Shown one piece after another: positions 1 through 10,145 of a stretch of 64,000 nt of DNA. The stretch is taken from positions 1 through 64,000 of the IMG/VR virus record IMGVR_UViG_3300023243_000009; one strand, written 5' to 3'. Position numbers and translations under genes: made by a program. A model generated the notes under the pieces. It did not search any database. It saw only the letters and a program-made list of their open reading frames with translations, and was not told the origin of the DNA. Each line of letters opens with the position of its first letter. Position 1 is the stretch's first letter. The DNA comes from a virus.

Positions 1-490
1 CTTCTGACATATCTTCAAGGTCAATTTCATCATCTTCCATATCCATATCTTCTTCCGAATCCATATCCATATCTTCTTCCGAATCCATATCCATATCTTC
101 ATCAGATTCTTCTTCTTTGAGGGTTTCTTTTTTAGAGGTTGATTCTTCTAATTCATTTTCGAGTTCTGCTAAGATTTCATCTAAATCCATGTCTTCATCC
201 ATTTCACGTTCGTATTCTGTTTCTCTTTCGGCTTTATTATCACCTCTAAAACCACTACGCATTACAGGGTTTGACATTTTTTCCTCGACCTTAACATCGT
301 CTTTAGCTTCTTCCATCTCGTTGTAATCTTCTTCCATTTCTTCTCTTTCCATTGCTTCTATTTTACTAGAGAACATTTCTTGGACTTTTGGGGAGAATGC
401 TTCTTCGAGAGCGAATTTAGCATTTGCTATCGCAGATTCTTTGATTGATTTAGCATCAGCGATTGCTTCTTTTAAAAAGTTTTTATTCAT
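1..490 (-). CDS. Prohead scaffolding/core protein, N-terminal part (runs off the left edge; not in the ORF track)
   Basis: ATG at 490, manual translation MNKNFLKEAIADAKSIKESAIANAKFALEEAFSPKVQEMFSSKIE..., then a very acidic D/E/M-rich linker; lies directly downstream of the prohead protease, as scaffold genes do in T4-like head modules. Confidence 0.75.
   Translation of the reverse strand, partial: MNKNFLKEAIADAKSIKESAIANAKFALEEAFSPKVQEMFSSKIEAMEREEMEEDYNEMEEAKDDVKVEEKMSNPVMRSGFRGDNKAERETEYEREMDEDMDLDEILAELENELEESTSKKETLKEEESDEDMDMDSEEDMDMDSEEDMDMEDDEIDLEDMSE
36..100. repeat. 24-bp tandem repeat (about 2.7 copies) encoding SEEDMDMD in the scaffold linker
   Basis: TCCATATCCATATCTTCTTCCGAA at 36-59 and 60-83, partial copy at 84-100. 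Confidence 0.9.
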
Positions 491-516
491 TTTTCCTAAA
501 TTTTTTGTTGGGAAAC

Positions 517-584
517 TACGTTTATTGAGAAACGTAATAGGGATTATTTAATAATAATTTATCATGTCATATAAGAGATGACAT
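517..584 (-). promoter_or_regulatory. Two stem-loops in the 5' leader of the scaffold gene
   Basis: TACGTTT(517-523)/AAACGTA(530-536) and ATGTCAT(564-570)/ATGACAT(578-584) are perfect 7-bp inverted repeats. Confidence 0.5.
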
Positions 585-620
585 ATTGTGATAATACGTA
601 TGTGGAGGGGGGTAAAACAC

Positions 621-642
621 AAAAAGCACTCAAAAAGAGCGC
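621..642 (-). terminator. Putative intrinsic terminator after the prohead protease gene
   Basis: Minus strand GCGCTC-TTTTT-GAGTGC followed by TTTTT. Confidence 0.5.
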
Positions 643-690
643 TCAATGTTTAAAATCCACAGGTGGAGATGTTTTTTCGTATTATTTATT

Positions 691-1293
691 TTATATAATA
701 GGACATACCCCATAGGAACATAATATTTCACCTAATATGGTACTTACTTCTTGGTATCTATCTTGTGCTTTAAATTCTTGACTTTCTTTTACTAAATTCA
801 TAAATGAATCGGGATTTGATGGGGTTGAAACAAAATCCCAACACAGCAATTCAAAATCATCTTGCACTTCCATTAACCCACCTACATCTTTAAGTGAACC
901 CATTCCTCTAGATGATACACCCACAGTAATACCACTTTCAACTAATGCTTTAAGTATGTTTCCATTTGGGGTGGGTAATATTTCTATCTTACCCATCACA
1001 TTATCCCCATCCCACCACATATCTGCAATGTTATGGGATACGTTTTTGAGATTGATTACTGATGATTCTGGGTGATCTAATTCCCCCATAGCTCTGTGTT
1101 CTTTAACTAATGGGAGATATTTAGCTATTTCTCTTTCCCATAATTCTCTTGAGTAATATCTACCATTTCCATTTTTAACCTCGGCTGTGGCTAAAATACC
1201 CTCAACTAAAGGAAGTCCTCTATTGGATTTATTTTCAGACAGTCTTGATCTAACTGGTTTGAAAATGTGGGTTTCTACAAGGATTTTTTTCAT
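691..1293 (-). CDS. gp21: Prohead core protein protease (T4 gp21-like)
   Basis: Motifs GILATAEVKNGNGRYY, GELDHP, GVSSRGMGSL, DFVSTPS; located in the head module. Confidence 0.92.
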   Translation of the reverse strand: MKKILVETHIFKPVRSRLSENKSNRGLPLVEGILATAEVKNGNGRYYSRELWEREIAKYLPLVKEHRAMGELDHPESSVINLKNVSHNIADMWWDGDNVMGKIEILPTPNGNILKALVESGITVGVSSRGMGSLKDVGGLMEVQDDFELLCWDFVSTPSNPDSFMNLVKESQEFKAQDRYQEVSTILGEILCSYGVCPII

Positions 1294-1307
1294 GTTAGGT
1301 TTTAAAT

Positions 1308-2387
1308 TTATGTTCTATCATTTGTTCGTAATTTATCTAAAACTGCTTCGTATTCACCATCCGACTCATCATCTTCACTTACCATTTCTTTTTTGGTATA
1401 AGATTTACCACACATTTTTTCATACAATTTTTCCATCACTGTTTTTCTTTTTTCTAAAAGATTGATTTCTTTTTGCATTTCTTTAATTTTCTTTTTATCC
1501 ATTAACTCAGATAAGCTGTCATCTTCAGATACCATTGAGATTCTTTCATTTTTACTTGAAATGATGTCATCCAGAGCTTCTATTTGTATTTCTAAGGTGG
1601 CAATCCTACCATTTTTATCTATTTCGGCTAATTTAGAATCTGTTGTTTCTTTTTTAGCCTTTTTTGGTGATTTCTTTTTGGGATTTTTTTCTCCTAATGG
1701 CATATTCTCCATTAAATCTACTAATGATATCCTTTTATTTTCTTTAATTGTTAAATAACCCGTACCTGTTTCTCCTTTTGGAAATTCTTTTTTAGTTGCT
1801 TCACCATAACCCCCACCCACACCTGGGTTTTTTATTTGAGTTGGTTTAAGCCCGGGTTGGTCTTTACTATATCCAATTCCTTTAATGCCGAATTGAGCTT
1901 CCTCAACATAATATTGTGGGTTATTATCAATGTTTTTAATAACTAAAGCAATTAATTCTTGTTTTGTTTTACCAACATTAGCTTCATCTATAAGTTCCGT
2001 GTAATATCCTTGACGGAATTGTTCACCTGATACATTATTGAGAAGTTTATCATCTTTATAATCATATCCTTTATCAGGAGCCTGGAGGTTTGTTACTTGT
2101 TTAGATGTTTGTTTCTCAACAGCTTTAACCTTTGCTTCTTCTTCAGAAATTATATTCATATTTTTATCAAATATAGAGAACCAATCTGGTTTTTTATTTG
2201 AGGTGGTTGCTACACCCCATAGATTTTCTGATATAATAGAACGTTTTGTAAGGATTGAAGTGGCTTCATCAAAATCAGCTGAGTTGCGAACTAAATTTGG
2301 GTAGTTTTTTTTAACTTCCTTAAGGAAAATTTCCTTACTTCCTTTACCTTTTTTAATTAGGTTGTATTGGTTTTGTAGTGTTTTCAT
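1308..2387 (-). CDS. Hypothetical head-associated protein (Lys/Glu-rich, several [IL]xE sites)
   Basis: 359-aa ORF in the head operon; no function recognised. Confidence 0.7.
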   Translation of the reverse strand: MKTLQNQYNLIKKGKGSKEIFLKEVKKNYPNLVRNSADFDEATSILTKRSIISENLWGVATTSNKKPDWFSIFDKNMNIISEEEAKVKAVEKQTSKQVTNLQAPDKGYDYKDDKLLNNVSGEQFRQGYYTELIDEANVGKTKQELIALVIKNIDNNPQYYVEEAQFGIKGIGYSKDQPGLKPTQIKNPGVGGGYGEATKKEFPKGETGTGYLTIKENKRISLVDLMENMPLGEKNPKKKSPKKAKKETTDSKLAEIDKNGRIATLEIQIEALDDIISSKNERISMVSEDDSLSELMDKKKIKEMQKEINLLEKRKTVMEKLYEKMCGKSYTKKEMVSEDDESDGEYEAVLDKLRTNDRT

Positions 2388-2390
2388 TTA

Positions 2391-3278
2391 TTATTCTTTT
2401 AATAGGTCTTTAATATCTTTTATATAATCCAAAACTAAATCTGTTGGTTTAATAACTGTATATGATGAAGGGTTATTATTATAGTAATTAATAGCTTCAT
2501 TTTTAGCGTTACTTAACATCTTATAAATATCATTCATTTCATGTTCGATTAAATCAAACGCATTAATTCTTTCACTTTGAAAATCCTTAGAGGTTTGACT
2601 AACTTCAAATAAATCTACAACTTCTAACCCTGATCCTTTAATTTTTTTTGGAACTAGCCTATATTTAAACTGTTTAATATAAGCATTATCTTTAACACCA
2701 TCCTTAGATGATTTAGGACCTGGTCCTAAACTAGAACCTGCATTTTCTTTAACTTCTTTATATCCTACTTTGGTATAAGCTTTATCATTTGTTTTTTGAC
2801 CCTTTAACCTAAAAGCGTAAGGGGTTGAATATTGTCCCCCCACACCACCCGAAAAGTTGGATGAGCCTACTCCCCCACCAGTACCAGATATTTCTCTTAA
2901 TTGATCTTTTATCTGTCTATATTGGTCGGGGTAGCTTGTTCTAAGGTGTGTTCTATATTTATTGAATATATCTCTGAAATCGATTAGGATATTTTGAATT
3001 ATTTCATCATTACGGGCGTCATCTGTACTTAGAAGTTGTTTTAATGATTTTAAAGCAGTATACATTTTCTCTAATGAATCACCAAAACTAGCTAATTTAA
3101 TAACTTTATGGGTAACACCATTAGTTACTTTATCTACATTTGTAGTTTTATAGTAAGTATCTAAATTACTAGTAAAGAAATCATGTTCAACATCAATAGG
3201 CCCATACTTATCCTCAAGTCGTTTGAGTAAAGCTTGGTCTACGTCTTTAGGTTTAAGTTGTTCATTTATATTATCCAT
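2391..3278 (-). CDS. Hypothetical head-associated protein
   Basis: 295-aa ORF with a Gly-rich LRE-ISGTGGG...YSTPYAF segment; in the head operon. Confidence 0.7.
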   Translation of the reverse strand: MDNINEQLKPKDVDQALLKRLEDKYGPIDVEHDFFTSNLDTYYKTTNVDKVTNGVTHKVIKLASFGDSLEKMYTALKSLKQLLSTDDARNDEIIQNILIDFRDIFNKYRTHLRTSYPDQYRQIKDQLREISGTGGGVGSSNFSGGVGGQYSTPYAFRLKGQKTNDKAYTKVGYKEVKENAGSSLGPGPKSSKDGVKDNAYIKQFKYRLVPKKIKGSGLEVVDLFEVSQTSKDFQSERINAFDLIEHEMNDIYKMLSNAKNEAINYYNNNPSSYTVIKPTDLVLDYIKDIKDLLKE

Positions 3279-4131
3279 GTACCTTTTTTAATTCCCCCAA
3301 CAATGAGTGATATTGTAACAAATTTACTAAACTATCGCTTTTAATGTTTGAATTTTTATCTAGTTCTTTGATTAATTTAGAAACTTCTATTAATTTAATT
3401 TTTACAACTTCACTTTTAGTGACCTTAATCTCTTTTTGAATTGTTTCAATTATAAAAGCTACCTCTTTATTATAAAAGGCTTTAAGTGAAGGTGTATTGT
3501 CTACGGATTCAATAAATTCTTTAAGGACCCCTTTTTGTCGTGGGTTTAGTGAAGAATATTTTTCATTGAACTTTTCTAGTAAAACATAATATGTTAGAGT
3601 ACGTAAATCTTTATCATAAGATTTAAATTCTTCAATTATGTCGCCTTTAACATCATCTCTTTCAACTGGTGCTTTTGTTAAAAATTCTAATAATGTAACT
3701 TTATTATCTATGATTTGGTTAGGGTTGATTAGTCTATCAGTGTTGTATGTCTCGAATAATGTATAAAGAGAGGCTTGTGCCTTATAATCATTTAATTTAG
3801 TTTTAAATAAATCTTCTACATTATAATGTTCCTTTAATTCACTAATTAGATTATATTTTTCCTTTCTAATTCTAGTCCTATTAAGTTTTTTAGATGTTTC
3901 TAATATTGTAGAAAGTATAACATTAGCTCGGTTTTCATTTAGGTTTTTAGACTTAAATATAGTTTCATACAATTTATACTCCTTTCCTAATTCTGTATTA
4001 ACGAAATATTTTTTCAATATTCCTATAGAGGGTGAATCTTTCCCAGATAAAGTCTCTGAGGTGATTTTCCTCACTAAGACTTCAAATAGAATCCCAGTGT
4101 TTTTGTATTTCGAGTGTTTTATATACATCAA
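3271..4131 (-). CDS. Hypothetical helical protein next to the portal gene
   Basis: 286-aa ORF starting MYIKHSKYKNTGILFE; tightly packed in the head operon. Confidence 0.75.
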   Translation of the reverse strand: MMYIKHSKYKNTGILFEVLVRKITSETLSGKDSPSIGILKKYFVNTELGKEYKLYETIFKSKNLNENRANVILSTILETSKKLNRTRIRKEKYNLISELKEHYNVEDLFKTKLNDYKAQASLYTLFETYNTDRLINPNQIIDNKVTLLEFLTKAPVERDDVKGDIIEEFKSYDKDLRTLTYYVLLEKFNEKYSSLNPRQKGVLKEFIESVDNTPSLKAFYNKEVAFIIETIQKEIKVTKSEVVKIKLIEVSKLIKELDKNSNIKSDSLVNLLQYHSLLGELKKVHG

Positions 4132-4134
4132 TCC

Positions 4135-4350
4135 TTATTTTTTCTTTATTTCCCTGTATACTGATAATAGACCTTCGATTTCGTCCAAATATCGAGTCGC
4201 ACTATCTATTTTTGAGCTCAACACATTTACTAAATGTAATTCTGATGTGAACTGTCTCGGGTTATTAGCCAAAGGGATTTGTTTTTTACTAGGCTCATTC
4301 TTAAGAAGTTGTTTCTTAATATCTAAAAGCGTTTTAATCGTTTCCTTCAT
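4135..4350 (-). CDS. Small hypothetical protein with its own late-type promoter
   Basis: 71-aa ORF; coding-strand TATTTATA at 4368-4375. Confidence 0.55.
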   Translation of the reverse strand: MKETIKTLLDIKKQLLKNEPSKKQIPLANNPRQFTSELHLVNVLSSKIDSATRYLDEIEGLLSVYREIKKK

Positions 4351-4383
4351 ATCAATCCTTATTTATTTATAAATATATTAGAA

Positions 4384-6273
4384 TTACTGTCCCTTAATAT
4401 TTTTTTCATCAAGTAACGATTCATGGGATTTGTCTTGTTCGAATACTAACTTTTTACTATTTACTGGTATTTGATTCAACATACCTTTATGTTGGATAAC
4501 TCGTAAATTATTCTCCATTGTTAGTGGGGTATTTTTAGTGTCATTATAATCTTTCTTCATCCCACCAACACCTAGTCTATCCTTACCAAAATTATCATCT
4601 TGAGTATTACGTTTTGACACCTTTTCTTTTGGGCGACCTAGTGGGTTTTTCTCATCATATACTTCTGGTTTTGGGATATTTCCTGGATCTGATTCCATTC
4701 TACCCTTACCATATAGAGAAGCTAAATCATGAGGTGTACCGTATGATTTACCAGTTTCAACAGGGTCATTACCTTCAGCTTCAATTTGATTTATACGGAA
4801 CTTACGTTTAGCATCTTCTCTAATTAAATCCCTGAAATCATCATATTGATCTTCACTCAAATGGAATAGATGATCATAAATAAAATCAGTTGGGAAGAGA
4901 TTAGTTTCTGTCATTTGAGCCGCTAAGTCCATTTTTTCTTTCATCAATGCAACTCTTTCTTGGTCATATATAATCGAAGGGGTTGTTAATGATAATTCAA
5001 AATTAGCTAATTGTTCTTCTCTATAACCCTGTGTATACAGGTGAACTAATGCTATTTTGTATAATTCGGATACTACAATTCTTTGAATACGTTCGATTGT
5101 GCGAGCGAATCTAATATCTTGCGCCGCGAGTGTGGCTTTGCCATCTGTATTTTCATCATAACCCATAAAGGCTTTAGGTACTTTAAGAGCGGCAAATAGT
5201 TTATCTCTTAAGTAGTTAACATCCTCAATACCATCCCACTGTAGGCCATTTGCACTTTCAATTTTAGTACTTGAATCATTTCCTCTAACAGGGATGTAAT
5301 AATCTTCAAGTAGATTTTGCATGTTATATCTTAAATTATACTCCCCGGTTTTCTCATCAACGTGGGGTGTACGTTTTAATTTACTTAATGTTTTTTCCAT
5401 AAATGCATCTACTTCATTTGGAGGTATTGCCCCAACATTCATGTAGAAAATACGTTTTTCAGGGGCACGAACAATTCTATGAATTAACATTGCATCCTCC
5501 ATTAAAACATACTGTTTAAACAACTTACGTGCGGGTTCAATATAACTCCTACCATAAGGTAAGAAGTTCATATCCGTTAATAAACGAAAGTGAGACATTT
5601 CATAATTGTCAAATATAATTGAGTTTGCTCTGTCTTGTGTCTGTCCTGGTACGTTGTAATATCCTGTATCGGATGCTGATATTCCTTCGGGGTCAAATCG
5701 GAATCTAATTTCATTTGGGTTATCTTTATTTACACCCTCTAGTCTTTCAATATGAAATGCTGTGTAAGGTATAACATTATAAATACCAAATTTCTCAGCG
5801 ATTTCTAATTTTAAGAAAAAGTCACCATATTTGCAAAGATTGCGAACCCAAGGCCAGAGGTTGAATTCAATATTTAATACATCATAAAATAAATTATAAA
5901 GTATTTTTTGAATATCTTCATCAGGGGATTTAATTTGTAATACTTCACCCATATCATTTTTAAGGGTGGATTCATCAGCAATTATGTCTAGAGCAGATGC
6001 TATAATTGCATCTGTATCCATTGCATCATACTCCGAATAAAGCATAGGTCTTAAGTACTGGTAATTGAATCCAGATTGCTGACCATATAGGGAGGTGGAT
6101 GAATTAGTGTAGATTTTATTAAACCTATCAACTAGTGAATTTGTTTCAATTTCACCCGATTGTTGAATTTTATTTATATCAAAAACATTTAATTGGTTGT
6201 CTCCAGTATTGCGAATAATTACATCTGTAGAAAATAATCTTTTTAATCTCGGGAATAATCCTTTATCTGCCAT
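4384..6273 (-). CDS. gp20: Portal protein (T4 gp20-like)
   Basis: Motifs LRPMLYSEYDAMD, IIASALDIIADEST, EDAMLIHRIVRAPEKRIFYMNVG, MQNLLEDYYIPVRG, YLRDKLFAALKVPK, DIRFARTIERIQ. Confidence 0.95.
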   Translation of the reverse strand: MADKGLFPRLKRLFSTDVIIRNTGDNQLNVFDINKIQQSGEIETNSLVDRFNKIYTNSSTSLYGQQSGFNYQYLRPMLYSEYDAMDTDAIIASALDIIADESTLKNDMGEVLQIKSPDEDIQKILYNLFYDVLNIEFNLWPWVRNLCKYGDFFLKLEIAEKFGIYNVIPYTAFHIERLEGVNKDNPNEIRFRFDPEGISASDTGYYNVPGQTQDRANSIIFDNYEMSHFRLLTDMNFLPYGRSYIEPARKLFKQYVLMEDAMLIHRIVRAPEKRIFYMNVGAIPPNEVDAFMEKTLSKLKRTPHVDEKTGEYNLRYNMQNLLEDYYIPVRGNDSSTKIESANGLQWDGIEDVNYLRDKLFAALKVPKAFMGYDENTDGKATLAAQDIRFARTIERIQRIVVSELYKIALVHLYTQGYREEQLANFELSLTTPSIIYDQERVALMKEKMDLAAQMTETNLFPTDFIYDHLFHLSEDQYDDFRDLIREDAKRKFRINQIEAEGNDPVETGKSYGTPHDLASLYGKGRMESDPGNIPKPEVYDEKNPLGRPKEKVSKRNTQDDNFGKDRLGVGGMKKDYNDTKNTPLTMENNLRVIQHKGMLNQIPVNSKKLVFEQDKSHESLLDEKNIKGQ

Positions 6274-6293
6274 TTTTTATTTTTTTATAAATA

Positions 6294-9038
6294 TTATAAA
6301 AGCCATTGAATGCTTTCATTTTTACCCCCAATTTCTTGTGTGTAGGGGTTGGTTATACTATTATGTGAATATACCCCACTATAGTTTGATTTATTGGATT
6401 TTATCCCACCTAATGTTGCTCTAGCCATATCTAAACTCTGTTGTTGGAATTTTAATGAAGTATCTCTCAGAAACATACCGACTGAGAATGGCATAACCAA
6501 GTCATCATTGTAGCCACTTTGGGCTTCTGGTCTTCCATTCTTCCAAACGAACACTTTCATCTCTTCTACTAAACGTTTTGAGCGAATTGTTACTGATCTA
6601 TCACCAACAAATTCTCTGAATTTATTAATGCAAAGGGGTCTAGTTCTCATTGACATTGTAAATCCTGGGATCATTTCACTATTACCTTCATAAACACGAA
6701 GATATGATTCTGCCGTAATTTGGTCTCCTTTTGGTGAGTGGTATAAATTATTATACTCTCTCTCTTGTATTGCATCTAGAGTTGCCCATCCAATATTAGC
6801 ATTTTCTACTACCAACATCCCATTATTATATTCTGTAGCTAAACCTGTGAGGAAATAACCGAATTCTTTTGGGGGTAATTGGCCTTTATATTCTGCAACT
6901 TGTGTATTTGTTTGTATATCTATCACATGACATGCCGAGAAATCTTTACCATCTCCCCGGGCAACATCTGCTATAATCATATATTCTCTAGAGTAGTCAG
7001 CTGGTTCCCAAATCCATAAGTTTTGGTCTACACCTCTTCTCTCTAATGGTTCTTTTACAGTTGTTGAACTTATAAATTCTAACCATTCACTATAAAATAC
7101 AGTATCACCTGATGTGTTAAAATCACAGTCACAATTATGTACTATTCCATATTCTGTTACATATGTATGAGTATTTTCTATTTCTAGGTTAAATACTTCT
7201 AATGTTCTAGGAGAGGGGGTAAGTTTTAAACTTGTAAGAGGTTCAGATATAAATTCAAAATTACTATTTGAATTAGATTTCCCTATAGTATTAATTCTAC
7301 TCCAATCCTTTATCCTTTTACTAAATATCTTTTCATCCGAATTTATAATACTGTTAGTCCAAGTTAATGTAAAGTTATCTCTCCAACTATCCTTATCAGG
7401 GTTATTTGGGTTTTGTGATTTACCTTTTTTTAAGGTGACATTATGGATTCCTAAGATATTAGAAATATATAACATATCATATATTAATTTTTCGGATGTA
7501 AGGAGGAGTTGGACATTATATTCAGATTTTAACATCCCATCTCCAACTAACACCCCATCAAGTATACCTTTTAAGGTTTCTTCATTAGATGTAGAATATA
7601 AAAATTTACTTATATGTTTATTATAACTATATTTTCCCCCTTGAATACATAATTTTATAAAATTGTGGAAAATTTGATCTTTTATATATAATTTACTACT
7701 ACCCTCCCAAATTTTAGAAGTATAATATGAAAAATTTGTTATATTAAATTTCTCAGTTAATATTCTTTCAATTTCTAAAGGAAAACCTTCTCTTTCTGTC
7801 TTCCCATTAAATGAAAACTCAACTTTATTTTTAGCTAAAGATCCTTCTGATAAAAAACAGCCTATTAAAAATCCTAAATCATAATCAATTTTAATAAATC
7901 TGTTAATTTTACTAGTTTTTGTAAGCCATATAAATTTATCATCAATTTTTAAAGGGAATGATTTTGGAGAATTAGAAATAATATAATTTGAAAGATCAAT
8001 AGTTTTACATTCAACTTTGTATTCATCTACTTTAGGGAAATACTTAACCTTATTATTAGAATCTATAATTGAACCTACGTCTTCCCATTCTCCTAACATA
8101 TTGAGGAATGGGTGGTTTAAGGTGGTATATTTTTGAATGTTATTTAATCCCCCCTTTATTTCTATGGATTTGTCTGTAATATGGGAATGTTTTTTTATTA
8201 CTTTATTATAAGACCCATCATGGCTTAATACTAAATCTCCCAATTTAATATTTTTTATATATTGAGGGCCAAATTTTGTATATATTATTGTATCTTTACT
8301 AAAACATTCTTGTGCTGCTAGTCTAGGATCACCTAATAAGGTATCTTGAGCATCTCTCCATGTTTGGTCTCGTTCAGGGTGAACGTACCATGGAAGTTTA
8401 ATTGGTAAGAAATCGTTTTCTCCGGATTCTGCTTTAACCCATGTTTGATGAAACCAATTACCAGTACCATATGGGGTAGATAGTACAATAGCTCCACCCC
8501 CCGTAGCTAGAGTTTGCTGTGCAGAAGCCCACGTTTCACCAATGTTATCAATGAAGGCTGCTTCGTCAATTATTAGTAAAGATACTGCTTCTGAACGTGC
8601 TGCATCGGCATTTGAGGATTTTGCTTGTATTTTCGACCCATTAGAAAGTCTAAGGGATAATTTGTTATTTTCTACAGAGTCTACTTTTAACCATGAGGGT
8701 AAGTTTTCCCACATAAATTGTACCTTGGTTACTAAGTTTTTAGCTGTTGCTTGTGTTGTTGCTAGTGCTAATATATTTTTATCCTTATGGAAGGTCATTA
8801 ACCAAAGACCATAACCTGATACTAGAGTTGATATACCTAATTGTCTAGATTTTAATATAGTACTATAATCGTTGTTTTGAAATAACGCTAATACTTTTTC
8901 TTGAAAGGGGTACAGGTTAAACTGTATACGACCCCGTTGTGGGTGTTGTATATAACAGTATTTACGCATAAAATGTATGGGGTCTTTACAACATTTTAAA
9001 TACTCATGTCTAATTATTTTTTTAAAATCTTCAGCCAT
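6294..9038 (-). CDS. terL: Terminase large subunit (T4 gp17-like) containing an intein; probable start at 9038 (MAEDF)
   Basis: LYPFQ Q-motif, KSRQLGIST Walker A, LLIIDEAAF Walker B, STPYG motif, nuclease IIADVARGDGKDFS and GYNDDLVM; ATG overlaps the upstream stop (TAATG). Confidence 0.95.
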   Translation of the reverse strand: MAEDFKKIIRHEYLKCCKDPIHFMRKYCYIQHPQRGRIQFNLYPFQEKVLALFQNNDYSTILKSRQLGISTLVSGYGLWLMTFHKDKNILALATTQATAKNLVTKVQFMWENLPSWLKVDSVENNKLSLRLSNGSKIQAKSSNADAARSEAVSLLIIDEAAFIDNIGETWASAQQTLATGGGAIVLSTPYGTGNWFHQTWVKAESGENDFLPIKLPWYVHPERDQTWRDAQDTLLGDPRLAAQECFSKDTIIYTKFGPQYIKNIKLGDLVLSHDGSYNKVIKKHSHITDKSIEIKGGLNNIQKYTTLNHPFLNMLGEWEDVGSIIDSNNKVKYFPKVDEYKVECKTIDLSNYIISNSPKSFPLKIDDKFIWLTKTSKINRFIKIDYDLGFLIGCFLSEGSLAKNKVEFSFNGKTEREGFPLEIERILTEKFNITNFSYYTSKIWEGSSKLYIKDQIFHNFIKLCIQGGKYSYNKHISKFLYSTSNEETLKGILDGVLVGDGMLKSEYNVQLLLTSEKLIYDMLYISNILGIHNVTLKKGKSQNPNNPDKDSWRDNFTLTWTNSIINSDEKIFSKRIKDWSRINTIGKSNSNSNFEFISEPLTSLKLTPSPRTLEVFNLEIENTHTYVTEYGIVHNCDCDFNTSGDTVFYSEWLEFISSTTVKEPLERRGVDQNLWIWEPADYSREYMIIADVARGDGKDFSACHVIDIQTNTQVAEYKGQLPPKEFGYFLTGLATEYNNGMLVVENANIGWATLDAIQEREYNNLYHSPKGDQITAESYLRVYEGNSEMIPGFTMSMRTRPLCINKFREFVGDRSVTIRSKRLVEEMKVFVWKNGRPEAQSGYNDDLVMPFSVGMFLRDTSLKFQQQSLDMARATLGGIKSNKSNYSGVYSHNSITNPYTQEIGGKNESIQWLL
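7134..8306 (-). mobile_element. Intein (391 aa) with LAGLIDADG homing endonuclease in TerL
   Basis: Begins CFSKDTIIYT after ...LAAQE; ends ...TEYGIVHN followed by Cys; internal GFLIGCFLSEGS and GILDGVLVGDG LAGLIDADG-type blocks. Confidence 0.93.
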
Positions 9039-9634
9039 TATTTTCCAATTTTCCAATACATACTACCCGATAAAACAGGTTGGAAATTAGGGTTAATTCC
9101 TATCCCCAAACCATATATTTGTTTTTTCTTTGTTCTTAACAGCAACTTACCACCTAAATAATTAATTTGATTTGCTCTACCCATTAAACCTAAACCCCAA
9201 TAAAATTCTCGTTGGTTGGTATACACTGTATTTGTAACCGTTGTAATCGGTATTAAAAAATTAGTCGCCACACTGCGTGAGAATATTGTATTGCGCGTTA
9301 TAGTATCATTAATTACGGCATAACCCATGGTATCTATGTGTATAGTGTCATTATAAACATACTTGGTATAGTAATCTTTTAAAATTGCTAAGGTGTCTAC
9401 TAATGATGGTACTGTGTCTGTTCTAGTTATTATTTTTTCTTTCCATTTAGGAATATATTTAGGGGTATATTTAATAATTGTGTCATATTTAACTTCAACT
9501 TTTGTTATTGTTATAGGTTCAGATATGTTTACCCCACTACCACCACTACCCCCACTACAACTACGCATTATGAAGATAATACCAATTAATATTACTATCA
9601 GTAAAGTTTGAATATTTTTAAAGAAGTCCTTCAA
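9038..9634 (-). CDS. Membrane-anchored protein (N-terminal TM helix; possible spanin or lysis accessory)
   Basis: Hydrophobic LLIVILIGIIFIM, then a Thr/Asp-rich DT-repeat region and a beta-rich C-terminus; function inferred. Confidence 0.5.
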   Translation of the reverse strand: MKDFFKNIQTLLIVILIGIIFIMRSCSGGSGGSGVNISEPITITKVEVKYDTIIKYTPKYIPKWKEKIITRTDTVPSLVDTLAILKDYYTKYVYNDTIHIDTMGYAVINDTITRNTIFSRSVATNFLIPITTVTNTVYTNQREFYWGLGLMGRANQINYLGGKLLLRTKKKQIYGLGIGINPNFQPVLSGSMYWKIGK

Positions 9635-10121
9635 GTTCTTTTTTGATTTTAGTAAGTTCTTTTAAACGGTTAATTAATTTTTCCTTTTCCTCACCTAAAT
9701 CAGCATTTTTCCACCTATTAAGTACAGTTTTCATTTCTTGTGAATTTTGTTGGAGTTTATTTGCTATTTTAGATATGGAGTCACCTTTTTTAGCTGATTT
9801 GGATGCTTTTTTATCCATAGTATCCTCATCCTCTTCTTCATTTAAACCATCGTATTTTCTTTGTTTTAAAGCTGATTGAATGGCATATACAGCATCTTGT
9901 TCACTATAACCATACCTTTTAGACATGGCAGTGATAAAACGGGATAATGCTTTGGTTATTTCGGGGTTGATTGATTCTTTCATAAGGTCTTTAGTTATTT
10001 CTAATTCCTTATTTAATTTAGATTGTGCTGATGTTTTGTCTTTAATGTCTTCTGCGGTTTCTTCTGAGAGTATTGATTTTATTTCTGTTTGAATTTGGTG
10101 TCGTAATTCTGATTTTTTCAT
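9618..10121 (-). CDS. Putative internal head protein (MKKSEL...ILSEE leader)
   Basis: Charged modular protein with ILSE, INPE and LNEE sites; TATTTATA promoter at 10138-10145. Confidence 0.55.
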   Translation of the reverse strand: MKKSELRHQIQTEIKSILSEETAEDIKDKTSAQSKLNKELEITKDLMKESINPEITKALSRFITAMSKRYGYSEQDAVYAIQSALKQRKYDGLNEEEDEDTMDKKASKSAKKGDSISKIANKLQQNSQEMKTVLNRWKNADLGEEKEKLINRLKELTKIKKELEGLL

Positions 10122-10145
10122 TATGGTATATTTTTGTTATAAATA

